Positions 26,388 through 35,692 of a DNA stretch of 64,000 nucleotides are shown in pieces. This DNA comes from Armatimonadota bacterium. GTDB lineage: Bacteria; Armatimonadota; Fimbriimonadia; Fimbriimonadales; Fimbriimonadaceae. The stretch lies in contig JAEURN010000010.1 of NCBI GenBank assembly GCA_016789105.1, forward strand, positions 51,348 through 115,347, read 5' to 3'. A program made the position numbers and the translations under genes. The notes below the pieces were generated by a model. The model was not told the origin of the DNA, did not search any database, and saw only the letters and a program-made list of their open reading frames with translations. The number at the start of each line of letters is the position of its first letter. The stretch's first letter is position 1.

Positions 26388-28265
26388 TCAGCGCAGCAGG
26401 CGCAGCCCATTGAGGATGACGATCAGGGTGGAACCCTCATGGCAAACCACGGCCACTGGCAGCGGCAGGTTGATGAGGAAAGACCCAAAGGTGAGGAAGC
26501 AGATCACCGCGCCGGCAAACACCAAGTTTGTGGTGACCACTGCTTTTGTCCGGCGGCCCAACCGGATCAGTTCCGGGATCCGATCCAACCGGTCGTGGCT
26601 GAGTACCACGTCGGCCGCTTCCAACGCCACGTCCGACCCGAGGCCACCCATCGCCACGCCCAAGGTGGCCAGGGCCAAACTGGGGGCGTCGTTGACGCCA
26701 TCGCCGACCATCAGAACCGAACCCTGGTCAGAGAGGGCTTTGATCCTGTTGACCTTGTCTTCCGGCAAGAGCCCGGCCGAGATATCCGTCACCCCGGTGG
26801 CCTGCCCTACGGTTTGGGCGGTTTCGGCCTTGTCGCCCGTCAGCATCACCACCTGCCCAACCCCCAACCCTTTGAGATCTTTGACCACGGCCGATGCCTC
26901 CGGCCGGATTTCATCGGCGAACCCGAAAACAGCGCGGAACCCCTCCCCGGCCGCAAAAACGGTGGTTTCGCCCTTTGCCTTCCACTCGGCCGCCCGGGAT
27001 TCCAAGAGTTCGGGGATGTCAAATCCGTTTTCGGTCAGCAAGCGGTCGTTGCCGACCCAGACTTCCCCGCCGCCGACGGTTGCGGAGAGTCCTTTGCCGG
27101 GGATGGTCTTGGCATTGTCGGCTTCGGGGATCTCGATGCCAGAGGCTTTGACTTCCCGCACCAAGGCGACGGCGAGCGGGTGGGTCGAATAGTTCTCGGC
27201 GGCGGCAACCTTGGCCAAGATGGGGGCTGACGCGCCGGGATCCTCACCCGGCTTCCAGATCGTGCCCCCGATTGCCGCCTCATTCAGCCGCGGGCGGCCC
27301 AACGTGAGCGTGCCCGTTTTGTCGAGGGCGACAATTGTGATCGAGGCGGCTTTTTCGATGAACTCTCCCCCCCGGACAAGGATGCCCCTCCGTGCGGCAT
27401 GGGCAAGGGCAGAAAGCGTGGCCGCCGGAACGGAGATGACGAGGGCGCAGGGGCTCATCCCGACAAGCAAAATGAGGGCGGAGTAGAAGGAAGCCTGCAT
27501 CCCCTGGCCCAACATCAACCGAATTCCCCAGCTCAGGGCAAATGCCGCCAAGACGACGATGGTGTAGGTTTGCCCGAACCATTGGCTGATCCGTTCGCCG
27601 CTCGCCTTGTTTTCTTGGGCGTCTTGGACCAATTCGACGATCCGGTCCAACGCACTGTTGCCCACCTGTTTGGTCACCCGAACCGTGAGCATCCCTTCCA
27701 GGTTTTGGGTGCCGCCCATGACCTGCCCGCCCACGGCAGCCGCGACGGGTGCCGATTCTCCCGTCATGGCGCTTTCGTCGATCGAGCTGATTCCGGAGAC
27801 GATTTCACCATCCGTCGGCAAGCGGTCGAACGGGTTGACTTGGATGAGGTCACCCAGTTGAAGTTGCTCAACCGGGACTTCGACTTTTTGGCCGTCTCGG
27901 ATGAGGAGGGCGTTTTGTGGCCGGAGCCGCACAAGGGCCTCGATGGCCGACTTGGTTTTGCCGAGGGCGAACTCTTCCAGGGTCGAGCTCAAACTGAACA
28001 GGAAAAGGAGGACGGCGGCATCCTCTGGGTGTCCGACTACGATGGCACCGGCAGCAGCAAGAACCATGAGGAGGTTGACATCGAACTGCCGCTCTCGCAA
28101 GGATTCCCAGGCTGATTTTAGGGCGAACCAGGATCCGGCGGCGATTGACACATAAGCCGCGGAGCGGAAGGATGGAAACCAGCACACGGCCATCCCAATT
28201 CCGCAGATGGCGGTCAGCACGGTTTGCAGGTTGATCCAATCAGGCCGCCGGCTCAAGACTGACAC
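26388..28265 (-). CDS. Heavy-metal P1B-type ATPase (P1B-4-like)
   Basis: TGES, SPC in the metal-site helix, DKTGTLT, MLTGD, GDGVNDAP and HEGS; no N-terminal metal-binding domain. Confidence 0.92.
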   Translation of the reverse strand: MSVLSRRPDWINLQTVLTAICGIGMAVCWFPSFRSAAYVSIAAGSWFALKSAWESLRERQFDVNLLMVLAAAGAIVVGHPEDAAVLLFLFSLSSTLEEFALGKTKSAIEALVRLRPQNALLIRDGQKVEVPVEQLQLGDLIQVNPFDRLPTDGEIVSGISSIDESAMTGESAPVAAAVGGQVMGGTQNLEGMLTVRVTKQVGNSALDRIVELVQDAQENKASGERISQWFGQTYTIVVLAAFALSWGIRLMLGQGMQASFYSALILLVGMSPCALVISVPAATLSALAHAARRGILVRGGEFIEKAASITIVALDKTGTLTLGRPRLNEAAIGGTIWKPGEDPGASAPILAKVAAAENYSTHPLAVALVREVKASGIEIPEADNAKTIPGKGLSATVGGGEVWVGNDRLLTENGFDIPELLESRAAEWKAKGETTVFAAGEGFRAVFGFADEIRPEASAVVKDLKGLGVGQVVMLTGDKAETAQTVGQATGVTDISAGLLPEDKVNRIKALSDQGSVLMVGDGVNDAPSLALATLGVAMGGLGSDVALEAADVVLSHDRLDRIPELIRLGRRTKAVVTTNLVFAGAVICFLTFGSFLINLPLPVAVVCHEGSTLIVILNGLRLLR

Positions 28266-28289
28266 ACATTACCCGCTCACCTTTCGGGA

Positions 28290-28323
28290 AGGGGGTTCTA
28301 AGCGCGTTGGCCCAGAACCCCCT
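28290..28323. other. Perfect 10-bp stem-loop between the small membrane gene and the ATPase
   Basis: agggggttct pairs with agaaccccct; no U-run on either strand. Confidence 0.5.
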
Positions 28324-28335
28324 CGGTCATTGGGC

Positions 28336-28695
28336 TTAGCGGTTGCCAGCCGCGCCCGCGGCCGCTAACGCACCCGTCATCATGATGTTGACAATCTGCA
28401 GGGCACAGCCGACGCAGAAGATGATGACGCCCCACTTGGCCCAGATGGCCTGGCATTTCTTCATCTCTTCGACATCAGGGAACCGGCCACTTTCCCAGGC
28501 GATCTGGTTGCCCTTGATGCCCATGTAAATGGCCATAAAGAACCCGACGCAAGGGATGAGCGAGACCAACCCCAAGTAGTACTTGTGGTTAAGGGCCCAG
28601 ATCCAGTTCAGAAAGAATGCGCCCCAGTTCCAGCCTCCCAGGTCGGCTTCGGTTGGTTGCGATCCGCGCGGATAGTTGCTTTCCATGTTGTCCAT
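28336..28695 (-). CDS. Small membrane protein with WNWGAF motif
   Basis: GGWNWGAFFLNWIW...GxKGNxxAW...QxxWxxWG conserved-looking pattern; SD-like gaggaagg upstream. Confidence 0.72.
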   Translation of the reverse strand: MDNMESNYPRGSQPTEADLGGWNWGAFFLNWIWALNHKYYLGLVSLIPCVGFFMAIYMGIKGNQIAWESGRFPDVEEMKKCQAIWAKWGVIIFCVGCALQIVNIMMTGALAAAGAAGNR

Positions 28696-28720
28696 AGTTT
28701 TCCTTCCTCAAGTCAGGCGG

Positions 28721-29509
28721 TTACCGTCCGCCTCGCATAAGTTCTTGAAAAGCCGGGTTGTTCATATTCACGGCCGCCCCGATGACAAAGCCGAGCACTA
28801 GGCTTACGATGCCAATGATCATGGCGACCTGTCCGTTCTTGTGCCCTTTCTTTTGTGCCATGTTCCCCAGGACGATTCCAGCGGTGCTGAACAGGCATGG
28901 GCAGCAGAGGAGCCCGATGACGGAGCAGATGATCGAGATGATGAATTCTGTGTTGCCCGCGTTCGGGTCGCTGAACTCGCGGGGGTAGTTGGTCGGGCCG
29001 GCGCTGTAGCCTTGGGACTGTCCCATCGGCTGGTTGGGGCTGAGGGGGCTGGCGGCCGCCGATGCGGCGGTTGGGAACATGATTCCGGCAACCATCGAAG
29101 CGACCACGCGGGCACCGGTGGCGGCATTTTCGAGTTGCGAATTGGGGGAAAGACGGTTGTCGGCCGCCCATTGCGAGAGGGTCGCCACGTCGGCAGGCCC
29201 ATATTTGGAGCCATCGTTGCCGATGACAAAATACTGGTCGCCGCCCGATGGGGCCGGAGCCATCGCCGGTTGCATCGGCTGCATCGGCTGCATGGGCTGT
29301 TGCGGCTGCACAGGCTGCTGCGGCTGCGCCGCCATTCCGCCGCCGAAATTGAGCCCCGGCAGGCTGCCGGCTTGGAGCCGCGAACCGTCAGCCACAGATT
29401 CGAGCTCGGTGGCCGGGGTGATCCGCCCTTGGGCGATCCACTCGTTCAACACCTGGATGTCGGCGGGGCCAAATTTCTGCCCGTCATTCCAAATCACGAA
29501 GTACTGCAT
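28721..29509 (-). CDS. Tandem GYF_2-like domain protein with C-terminal DUF4190-like TM hairpin
   Basis: Two copies of YFVIxNDGxKxGPAD...W...R...P...LE, separated by a Q/P/M repeat; C-terminal Cys-rich TM hairpin. Confidence 0.7.
   Translation of the reverse strand: MQYFVIWNDGQKFGPADIQVLNEWIAQGRITPATELESVADGSRLQAGSLPGLNFGGGMAAQPQQPVQPQQPMQPMQPMQPAMAPAPSGGDQYFVIGNDGSKYGPADVATLSQWAADNRLSPNSQLENAATGARVVASMVAGIMFPTAASAAASPLSPNQPMGQSQGYSAGPTNYPREFSDPNAGNTEFIISIICSVIGLLCCPCLFSTAGIVLGNMAQKKGHKNGQVAMIIGIVSLVLGFVIGAAVNMNNPAFQELMRGGR
29271..29327. repeat. In-frame 9-nt tandem repeat (about 6 units) encoding QPQQPVQPQQPMQPMQPMQP
   Basis: tgcatcggc tgcatcggc tgcatgggc tgttgcggc tgcacaggc tgctgcggc. Confidence 0.75.
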
Positions 29510-29687
29510 TTTCTCGTCCTCAACCAATCCCGGCCCAAACCGCCAGGGGCATGCGGGCGTTCCCAGTTACGGATTCAGGACGGTCGATCCCCCTGATTCG
29601 CTTCCCACCGCCACGCGCGCCACCAACCATCTTGAACCAAACCTATCGCAAAATGCCGCAATTTTGCCGACATAATGGTTAAAGTCG

Positions 29688-30464
29688 ATGGCGTCGCGCA
29701 GCTACTTTTCCCGTATCCAACGTTCTCAGACTCCCGGAACGATCGGGCTGATCATCGCCTCCCTGGCTATGTTCATTATTCTGTGGATCCCCCAATTTGG
29801 CATTGCCCTAACCCTTGCGCTCGCTTTCGGATACGACCTGGGCAAGCCTTGGCAGCTCTTAACCTACCCCTTTGTCGAGCAAGGCGGATTCGGCCTCGGT
29901 CTGATCTTCTATGCGATCATCCTGGTCTGGTTTTACAACTTTGCGGGTGAATTCGAGCGCAAATTCGGCCTCAAATCGCTGCTTGCGCACTTTTTCGTGG
30001 CGTCGGCGTGTTGCGGGATTGTGGCGGCCCTTGTCCAACGGGTTGCGCCATCCCCAATCCCTTACCTTTCCAGCTTTTGGCTCCCGACCACTTTCTTCGT
30101 GGTCACGGTTTGCGGGATGGATCCGAACCGGTCCATGAGTTTGATGGGGTTCCCATTGACGTTCCGAACCTTGGCGATCCTCGAATTGGCCTTGTGCATT
30201 CTTAGTTACGGGATGGGCAACCCGATTTTTGGGATTGCCGTGAGCCTCCCGTTGGCTTTGGGTTGGTTTTACGGCCGGGGGCAACTCGGGAAGCTCTACC
30301 CTGGCATGGTCGACCGGGCTAAGCGGAAGAAACATGAGAACCGCGAATTCGACGAATTCCGTGGCAAAGTCCGCAACCGCGAAAAAGAACGGGCGGAGCG
30401 CGAACGGCTCCGCCAATTGTTTGAAGGGAGCATCGACCAAGATCCTCCCGGGGCCGAACGGTAA
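29688..30464 (+). CDS. Rhomboid-like membrane protein, probably non-catalytic
   Basis: PWQLLTYPF and YNFAGEFERKFG rhomboid/derlin-like pattern; no GxS motif; charged C-terminal tail. Confidence 0.6.
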   Translation: MASRSYFSRIQRSQTPGTIGLIIASLAMFIILWIPQFGIALTLALAFGYDLGKPWQLLTYPFVEQGGFGLGLIFYAIILVWFYNFAGEFERKFGLKSLLAHFFVASACCGIVAALVQRVAPSPIPYLSSFWLPTTFFVVTVCGMDPNRSMSLMGFPLTFRTLAILELALCILSYGMGNPIFGIAVSLPLALGWFYGRGQLGKLYPGMVDRAKRKKHENREFDEFRGKVRNREKERAERERLRQLFEGSIDQDPPGAER

Positions 30465-30465
30465 C

Positions 30466-31047
30466 TTACTCGGCCAACGATTTTTCAATCGCCGCTACCA
30501 CTTCTTCCGATTCCGGTTGAGTCCGGGCGCCGAAGCGGGTCACGGTCTTTCCATCTTTGCCAACCAAGAATTTGGCAAAGTTCCACTCCACGTCGTTTTG
30601 GTTGCTTGTGGAATGAACCAGCCACTTGTAGATCGGGTCGGCGTTTTCGCCTTTCACATCGACTTTTGCGAACATCGGAAATTTGACGTGATAGGTGGAT
30701 TCGCAGAATTCCTTAATCTGGGCTTCGGTTCCGGGCTCTTGGCCGCCGAACTGGTTGCACGGGAACCCAAGCACGACCAATCCTTGATCCTTGTATTTTT
30801 CGTAAAGCGCTTCAAGCCCAGCATATTGCGGGGTGTTCCCGCATTTGCTGGCGACGTTGACGATGAGGACGGTTTTGCCGACATATTTTTTCAGCGCAAC
30901 TTCTTCTCCCATGATGTCTTTGGCTTTGAAGTCGGCCAAGGTGGAATCCTTCATATTCTTTGGTGTCGTCTGTTTTGGCAGGAGCGCATAGGCGACGCCC
31001 GCAAAAGCGATCAAGATAGGGATGGAGATCAAAGCGGCTTTCATCAT
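30466..31047 (-). CDS. Glutathione peroxidase family protein with signal peptide
   Basis: NVASKCGNTPQY, LGFPCNQFGGQEPG and WNFAKFLV motifs. Confidence 0.93.
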   Translation of the reverse strand: MMKAALISIPILIAFAGVAYALLPKQTTPKNMKDSTLADFKAKDIMGEEVALKKYVGKTVLIVNVASKCGNTPQYAGLEALYEKYKDQGLVVLGFPCNQFGGQEPGTEAQIKEFCESTYHVKFPMFAKVDVKGENADPIYKWLVHSTSNQNDVEWNFAKFLVGKDGKTVTRFGARTQPESEEVVAAIEKSLAE

Positions 31048-31117
31048 CTGTTGTTAATGATACGAGATGTCTTTGCGTTCCGGCAGCAGATCCATCGTAC
31101 AATAAGGACTCGGCCCA

Positions 31118-33424
31118 ATGCGCACCGCCCCAATTCTCCCCACCCTTGCGGTTTTCGCGTTCTTAGGGGCGGTTTGGGCCCCGACAAAAGGGGAGCCGAG
31201 CCCCCAAGATCCGTATTCGTCGCTAGACAAGCAGTATAAGGCCGATGTCGGCAAGTTGTTCGACACGTACTGCATGGACTGCCACTCGGGCAAAAATCCG
31301 CCAGCCGGCCTGGATTTTGAAAAATTCACCTCGGCGAAATCGGTGGCCGGCGCGCCAAAGCTGTTCCAAAAAGTCGTCCAGAACATCCGCAGCCAGGTGA
31401 TGCCCCCGATGGATCCCTCGCCCACTTTGGATGAGCGGAACCGCATGGCGGACTGGATCTTTAGGGCCCTGAGCTTGGACGGCACTGCCGAGCAGCCGGG
31501 CCGAGTCACGATCCGGCGGCTCAACCGGACGGAATACAACTACGTGCTCCGAGACCTGCTGTACATCGACGGTGATTTCAGCAAAGATTTCCCGAGCGAC
31601 GATGTCGGCTACGGGTTCGACAACATCGGCGACGTCTTGACATTGACCCCCCTCCACATCGACATGTATTTGAAAGCGGCTCGGTCGGCCGTTGAAAAGG
31701 CGGTTGTGGTGGCCAAACCGAAAATCCGGACAGCCTCCCTGGAAAAAGGCCGGTATGCCGAGCCGAACCGCATGGCTGAGGACGGGTTCGTGTTTTTAAC
31801 GAACGGTGACTTTGTCTATGACTTCCCCGATTGCGCCCCTGGCGATTACGAGTTGCGGCTCGCGATGGGGGCTTCGGCGATTGCGGTCGGGCCGGCGATC
31901 GTCGAGGTTTACATCAACCGACAGCTCCTCCAGCGGATCCAGATCACCAAACCGGGTTTGAACGATATCGGGATCCCAATCCGGCTCCCGGCCGGGACGG
32001 CCACGGTCGGCCTGCGCTTCACCAACGACTATTACAACGCCAACGATCCCAACCCTGACCGCCGGGATCGCAACGTGCTGCTGCAAGCGATGACGTTGGA
32101 TGGGCCGCAAGGCCTTTCCGGGGAAATCCCGGATTCCCACCGGCGCCTGTTGATCGCTTTTCCGACGGCAACCAAAAACCACATGGCGGCCGCTCGGGAG
32201 GTTCTGGACCGGTTTGCCTCGCGGGCCTATCGAAGGCCGGTCACCGCTGACGAATCTAACCGGCTTTTGGCCATCTATCAACTTGTGCGGGACAACGGTG
32301 ACACTTATGAGCAGGGCATCCGAATCGGCATGGAGGCCGTGCTCGTCAACCCCAACTTCTTGTTCCGGGTTGAGTTGGATTCTTCTGCCGGCCCTCGGGA
32401 GCTCAGCGGGATCGAACTGGCGTCTCGGCTTAGCTTCTTCCTTTGGCGGTCGATGCCGGACGAAACCTTGGCCAAGCTTGGCGAAAGTGGTCAATTGAAA
32501 GACCCCAAGACCTTGGTTGCCCAAGTTAACCGGATGTTGGCCGACCCAAAGGCCGTCCGGTTTTCCCAGGACTTCTCCTCACAATGGCTCGAGATTGGGA
32601 GACTGGCCGAGCACACGGCCGATCCCGCTCAATTCCCCGGGTTCGATGATCAGCTTAAAGGCGACATGGCCCAGGAGGTCACGTTGTATTTCCAAGATAT
32701 GTTGGCAAACAGCCGTCCGGTCACGGAGTTCCTCGAAGGAAAATCGACATACCTGAACTTCCGGCTTGCGCGGCATTACCAAATCCCCGGCGACTTCGAC
32801 GAAGTGTTCCGCCGGGTCGACGTCTCGGCCAACCATCGAGGCGGGATCCTGGGAATGGGGGCCTTGCTCACGGCGACCAGCAACCCAAACCGGACTTCCC
32901 CGGTCAAACGGGGCAAGTTCATCATGGATCAACTTTTGGGCTCTGGCCCCCCGCCACCCCCGCCAAACGTCGGCGTGCTCGACGAAAGCAAAGAAGCGAT
33001 CACCTCAACCCGGATCCGTGAGAGGCTGGCCCAACACCGGAAGGATCCCGCTTGTGCCAGCTGCCACCGCCCGTTGGACGGCTACGGGTTCACGCTCGAG
33101 AATTTCGATGCGGTCGGGGTCTTCCGCACGCAAGATGGGTCATTCCCCGTCGATGCGGCGGGGGAACTGCCCGGGGGGCGGTCGGCCGTTGGGTTAGACG
33201 GGCTCAAGGGTGAACTCAGGAGCCGGAACATGGACTTCGTACGCACGCTGACGGGGAAACTTTTGATGTTCTCGCTCGGGCGCGGCATGACGCCGAGTGA
33301 CGAGGTTTGGGCGAATGCGGTTGCCAAAAAGCTCGGAAAAGACGCCACCCTGCCAAAAATCATCACAGAAATTATCCTGAGCGATTCGTTCCGGAAACGA
33401 CCAGCCAAACAAGCCGTACAATGA
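31118..33424 (+). CDS. DUF1587/1595/1592/1588/1585-type protein with cytochrome-c-like CxxCH and carbohydrate-binding-like insert
   Basis: CMDCH, RRLNRTEYN, GYGFDN, FASRAYRRP, LASRLSFFLWRSMPD, TSPVKRG, CASCH and GFTLENFDAVG motifs. Confidence 0.85.
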   Translation: MRTAPILPTLAVFAFLGAVWAPTKGEPSPQDPYSSLDKQYKADVGKLFDTYCMDCHSGKNPPAGLDFEKFTSAKSVAGAPKLFQKVVQNIRSQVMPPMDPSPTLDERNRMADWIFRALSLDGTAEQPGRVTIRRLNRTEYNYVLRDLLYIDGDFSKDFPSDDVGYGFDNIGDVLTLTPLHIDMYLKAARSAVEKAVVVAKPKIRTASLEKGRYAEPNRMAEDGFVFLTNGDFVYDFPDCAPGDYELRLAMGASAIAVGPAIVEVYINRQLLQRIQITKPGLNDIGIPIRLPAGTATVGLRFTNDYYNANDPNPDRRDRNVLLQAMTLDGPQGLSGEIPDSHRRLLIAFPTATKNHMAAAREVLDRFASRAYRRPVTADESNRLLAIYQLVRDNGDTYEQGIRIGMEAVLVNPNFLFRVELDSSAGPRELSGIELASRLSFFLWRSMPDETLAKLGESGQLKDPKTLVAQVNRMLADPKAVRFSQDFSSQWLEIGRLAEHTADPAQFPGFDDQLKGDMAQEVTLYFQDMLANSRPVTEFLEGKSTYLNFRLARHYQIPGDFDEVFRRVDVSANHRGGILGMGALLTATSNPNRTSPVKRGKFIMDQLLGSGPPPPPPNVGVLDESKEAITSTRIRERLAQHRKDPACASCHRPLDGYGFTLENFDAVGVFRTQDGSFPVDAAGELPGGRSAVGLDGLKGELRSRNMDFVRTLTGKLLMFSLGRGMTPSDEVWANAVAKKLGKDATLPKIITEIILSDSFRKRPAKQAVQ

Positions 33425-34776
33425 GTAAGCCCGCCATGGATCAAAAGATCAGCCGACGCACCATTCTCCGGGGAGCCGGGGCCTTGGTTTCACTGCCGTT
33501 TTTGGAAAGTGTCGCCCCGCGGGCAGCGTTTGGGTCTACCGTGCCATCCCGCCCGGTTCGCATGGCGTTCATGTTCGTCCCCAATGGAATCAACATGGAT
33601 CACTGGCGGCCAGCGGCACCCGGCCGCCTTGGCGAACTTCCGAGCACCCTGACTTCGCTCAACGGCTTGAAAAGCGAATTCAGCGTGATCAGCGGGCTGA
33701 GCCAAATGAAGGCCTTTGCCAACGGCGACGGTCCTGGCGACCACGCCCGGTCGGCCGCCACTTGGCTGACCGGTGTCCAGGCCCGGAAAACCGCCGGCAC
33801 CGACATCCAATGCGGGATTTCGGTTGACCAAGTTGCGGCGAATGAGCTGGGCAAGCTGACCAAATTCGCCAGCTTGGAATTGGGCTGCGAGCGCGGCGCC
33901 CTCGCCGGCAATTGCGACTCCGGCTACTCCTGCGCCTATTCGAGCGCGATTTCTTGGCGGTCGGAAAATACTCCCAACTCCAAAGAAGCCAACCCACGCG
34001 TCCTGTTTGAGCGGCTGTTCGGGTCGCCGGACGACATCGAAACGGCGGAAGCTAGGGCCAAGCGCCAAAAATATGACCTCTCCATTCTCGACTTTGTCAG
34101 TCAGGATGCCGAAGCCCTCCACAAAAAGCTGGGCACGCGCGACCAACAAAAGGTCGAGGAGTATTTCAGTTCCATCCGGGATATCGAAGCCCGCCTGAAG
34201 AACTACGAATCCCAGGCCAAACAAATGAATCTGGATGGGTTGCAGGTTCCCCGCGGCACGCCCCAAGACCGGGGCGAGCACATCCGGCTGATGGGCGACA
34301 TGATGGTTCTAGCCTTCCAGGCCGACCTGACCCGGATTTCGACCTTCATGTTTGCCAACGAAGGCAGCAACCGCGCCTACAAGGAACTCGGAATCGCTGA
34401 TGGACACCACGACATCAGCCACCACGGGAATGCCGAGGACAAGCTGGCGAAGAAAGCCCAAATCGATCGGTACCACTTGGATCAATTCGCATACATCCTG
34501 GACCGCATGTCAAAAATCGACGACGGCAACGGAACCCTGCTGGACAACTCGCTGATCTTGTTTGGCGGGGGGATCAGCGACGGCAACCGGCACAACCACG
34601 ACGACCTCCCCCTGATCTTGGCGGGGCGCGGCGGCGGCGGCGTGCCCGTGGGCCAGCACTTGGTTTACAACAACCGAACCCCTCTCACCAATCTGTTCTT
34701 GAACATGCTGGACAAAGTGGGAGTCCGCATGGACCACCTTGGAGATTCAACCGGGAAACTCCAAGGTCTGTTCTAA
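33421..34776 (+). CDS. DUF1552-family Tat-exported protein
   Basis: SRRTILRGAG...LPFLES, FVPNG, ISVDQVAA, SLELG, FERLFG, SILD, HHDISHH and HNHDDLP; coupled to the upstream gene by an ATGA overlap. Confidence 0.87.
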   Translation: MSKPAMDQKISRRTILRGAGALVSLPFLESVAPRAAFGSTVPSRPVRMAFMFVPNGINMDHWRPAAPGRLGELPSTLTSLNGLKSEFSVISGLSQMKAFANGDGPGDHARSAATWLTGVQARKTAGTDIQCGISVDQVAANELGKLTKFASLELGCERGALAGNCDSGYSCAYSSAISWRSENTPNSKEANPRVLFERLFGSPDDIETAEARAKRQKYDLSILDFVSQDAEALHKKLGTRDQQKVEEYFSSIRDIEARLKNYESQAKQMNLDGLQVPRGTPQDRGEHIRLMGDMMVLAFQADLTRISTFMFANEGSNRAYKELGIADGHHDISHHGNAEDKLAKKAQIDRYHLDQFAYILDRMSKIDDGNGTLLDNSLILFGGGISDGNRHNHDDLPLILAGRGGGGVPVGQHLVYNNRTPLTNLFLNMLDKVGVRMDHLGDSTGKLQGLF

Positions 34777-34786
34777 GGCCGACCCG

Positions 34787-35641
34787 TCAGAACTTTTCGG
34801 TTTCGGCCGTCCACACCATGACCGGGGTGCCCATATTGGCGCGGATCGTCCGGCCCTTGAAAATCCCGCGGACTTTGTGATCCACGCTTGAGACGAGGTC
34901 GCTTACTTCGCCGACCGCTTGGGCAAGTAATACGGCTTGGGCGCCTTGCATCGATCCGGTGTCGTTGTCGGCCATCGCCCCCAAAACCTGGTCAAGAGTC
35001 AGCCCGGATGTTGGATTTTCGGAGAGCTGCTTGGACTTTTCCATGCCGAGCCGGTCGGCCAGGTTTTTGAACTGCGCCTGCCCATCTGCCATCCCTTTTC
35101 CATCGACCGCGCTTTTGGCAATCCCGATCAAGGCGTCGCGCGCACCCGGGTCGTTCCATAGGTTATCAACCTTTGCCGCGTTCAATCGCTCGGCAGTGTT
35201 CTCTTGGGTGAAGATGTAGGTAAATTCTCCTTTTTCTAGGGAGATCGGGATTTTCCGCCCCCCTTGCAGGATGATGTACTTGAGCGTGATCTCGAGCCGG
35301 GCCGGCCGGTTGGTCACCGCCCCCAGCAAACTGGCTCCGCGAGATTTGGACACCTCGGCAACTGCCTTGGTGCCGAGAGGAATCACCGTTTTGCCCTGGA
35401 TGACGACGTCTTTCAGCACGGCCATATCGACCGTTTCACCCTCTTTTGTTCCGCCTGCGTCGATTCCTTCAAGCAGAATCAACTCAACCGGCGTGCCTTT
35501 GGGCAGCGACACCGGAGCCGGCTTGGAACTCCCGGCAATGGCCTTTTCCCACGGCATGTGACCAGTGTTGGCTTGGGCCCATACAACATAGCCGAATCCG
35601 GAAAGAACTGCAATCCCGGCGAATGCCTTCCACCACTTCAT
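34787..35641 (-). CDS. Hypothetical exported protein
   Basis: Signal/anchor helix; LPKGTPVEL...VIPLGTKAVAEV beta-rich segment loosely like TrbI/VirB10-type domains. Confidence 0.6.
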   Translation of the reverse strand: MKWWKAFAGIAVLSGFGYVVWAQANTGHMPWEKAIAGSSKPAPVSLPKGTPVELILLEGIDAGGTKEGETVDMAVLKDVVIQGKTVIPLGTKAVAEVSKSRGASLLGAVTNRPARLEITLKYIILQGGRKIPISLEKGEFTYIFTQENTAERLNAAKVDNLWNDPGARDALIGIAKSAVDGKGMADGQAQFKNLADRLGMEKSKQLSENPTSGLTLDQVLGAMADNDTGSMQGAQAVLLAQAVGEVSDLVSSVDHKVRGIFKGRTIRANMGTPVMVWTAETEKF

Positions 35642-35692
35642 CGCTTTACCTAAGGTTCAAACGCGCCAGGCCGCGCATCGGTTGCCAACGGC

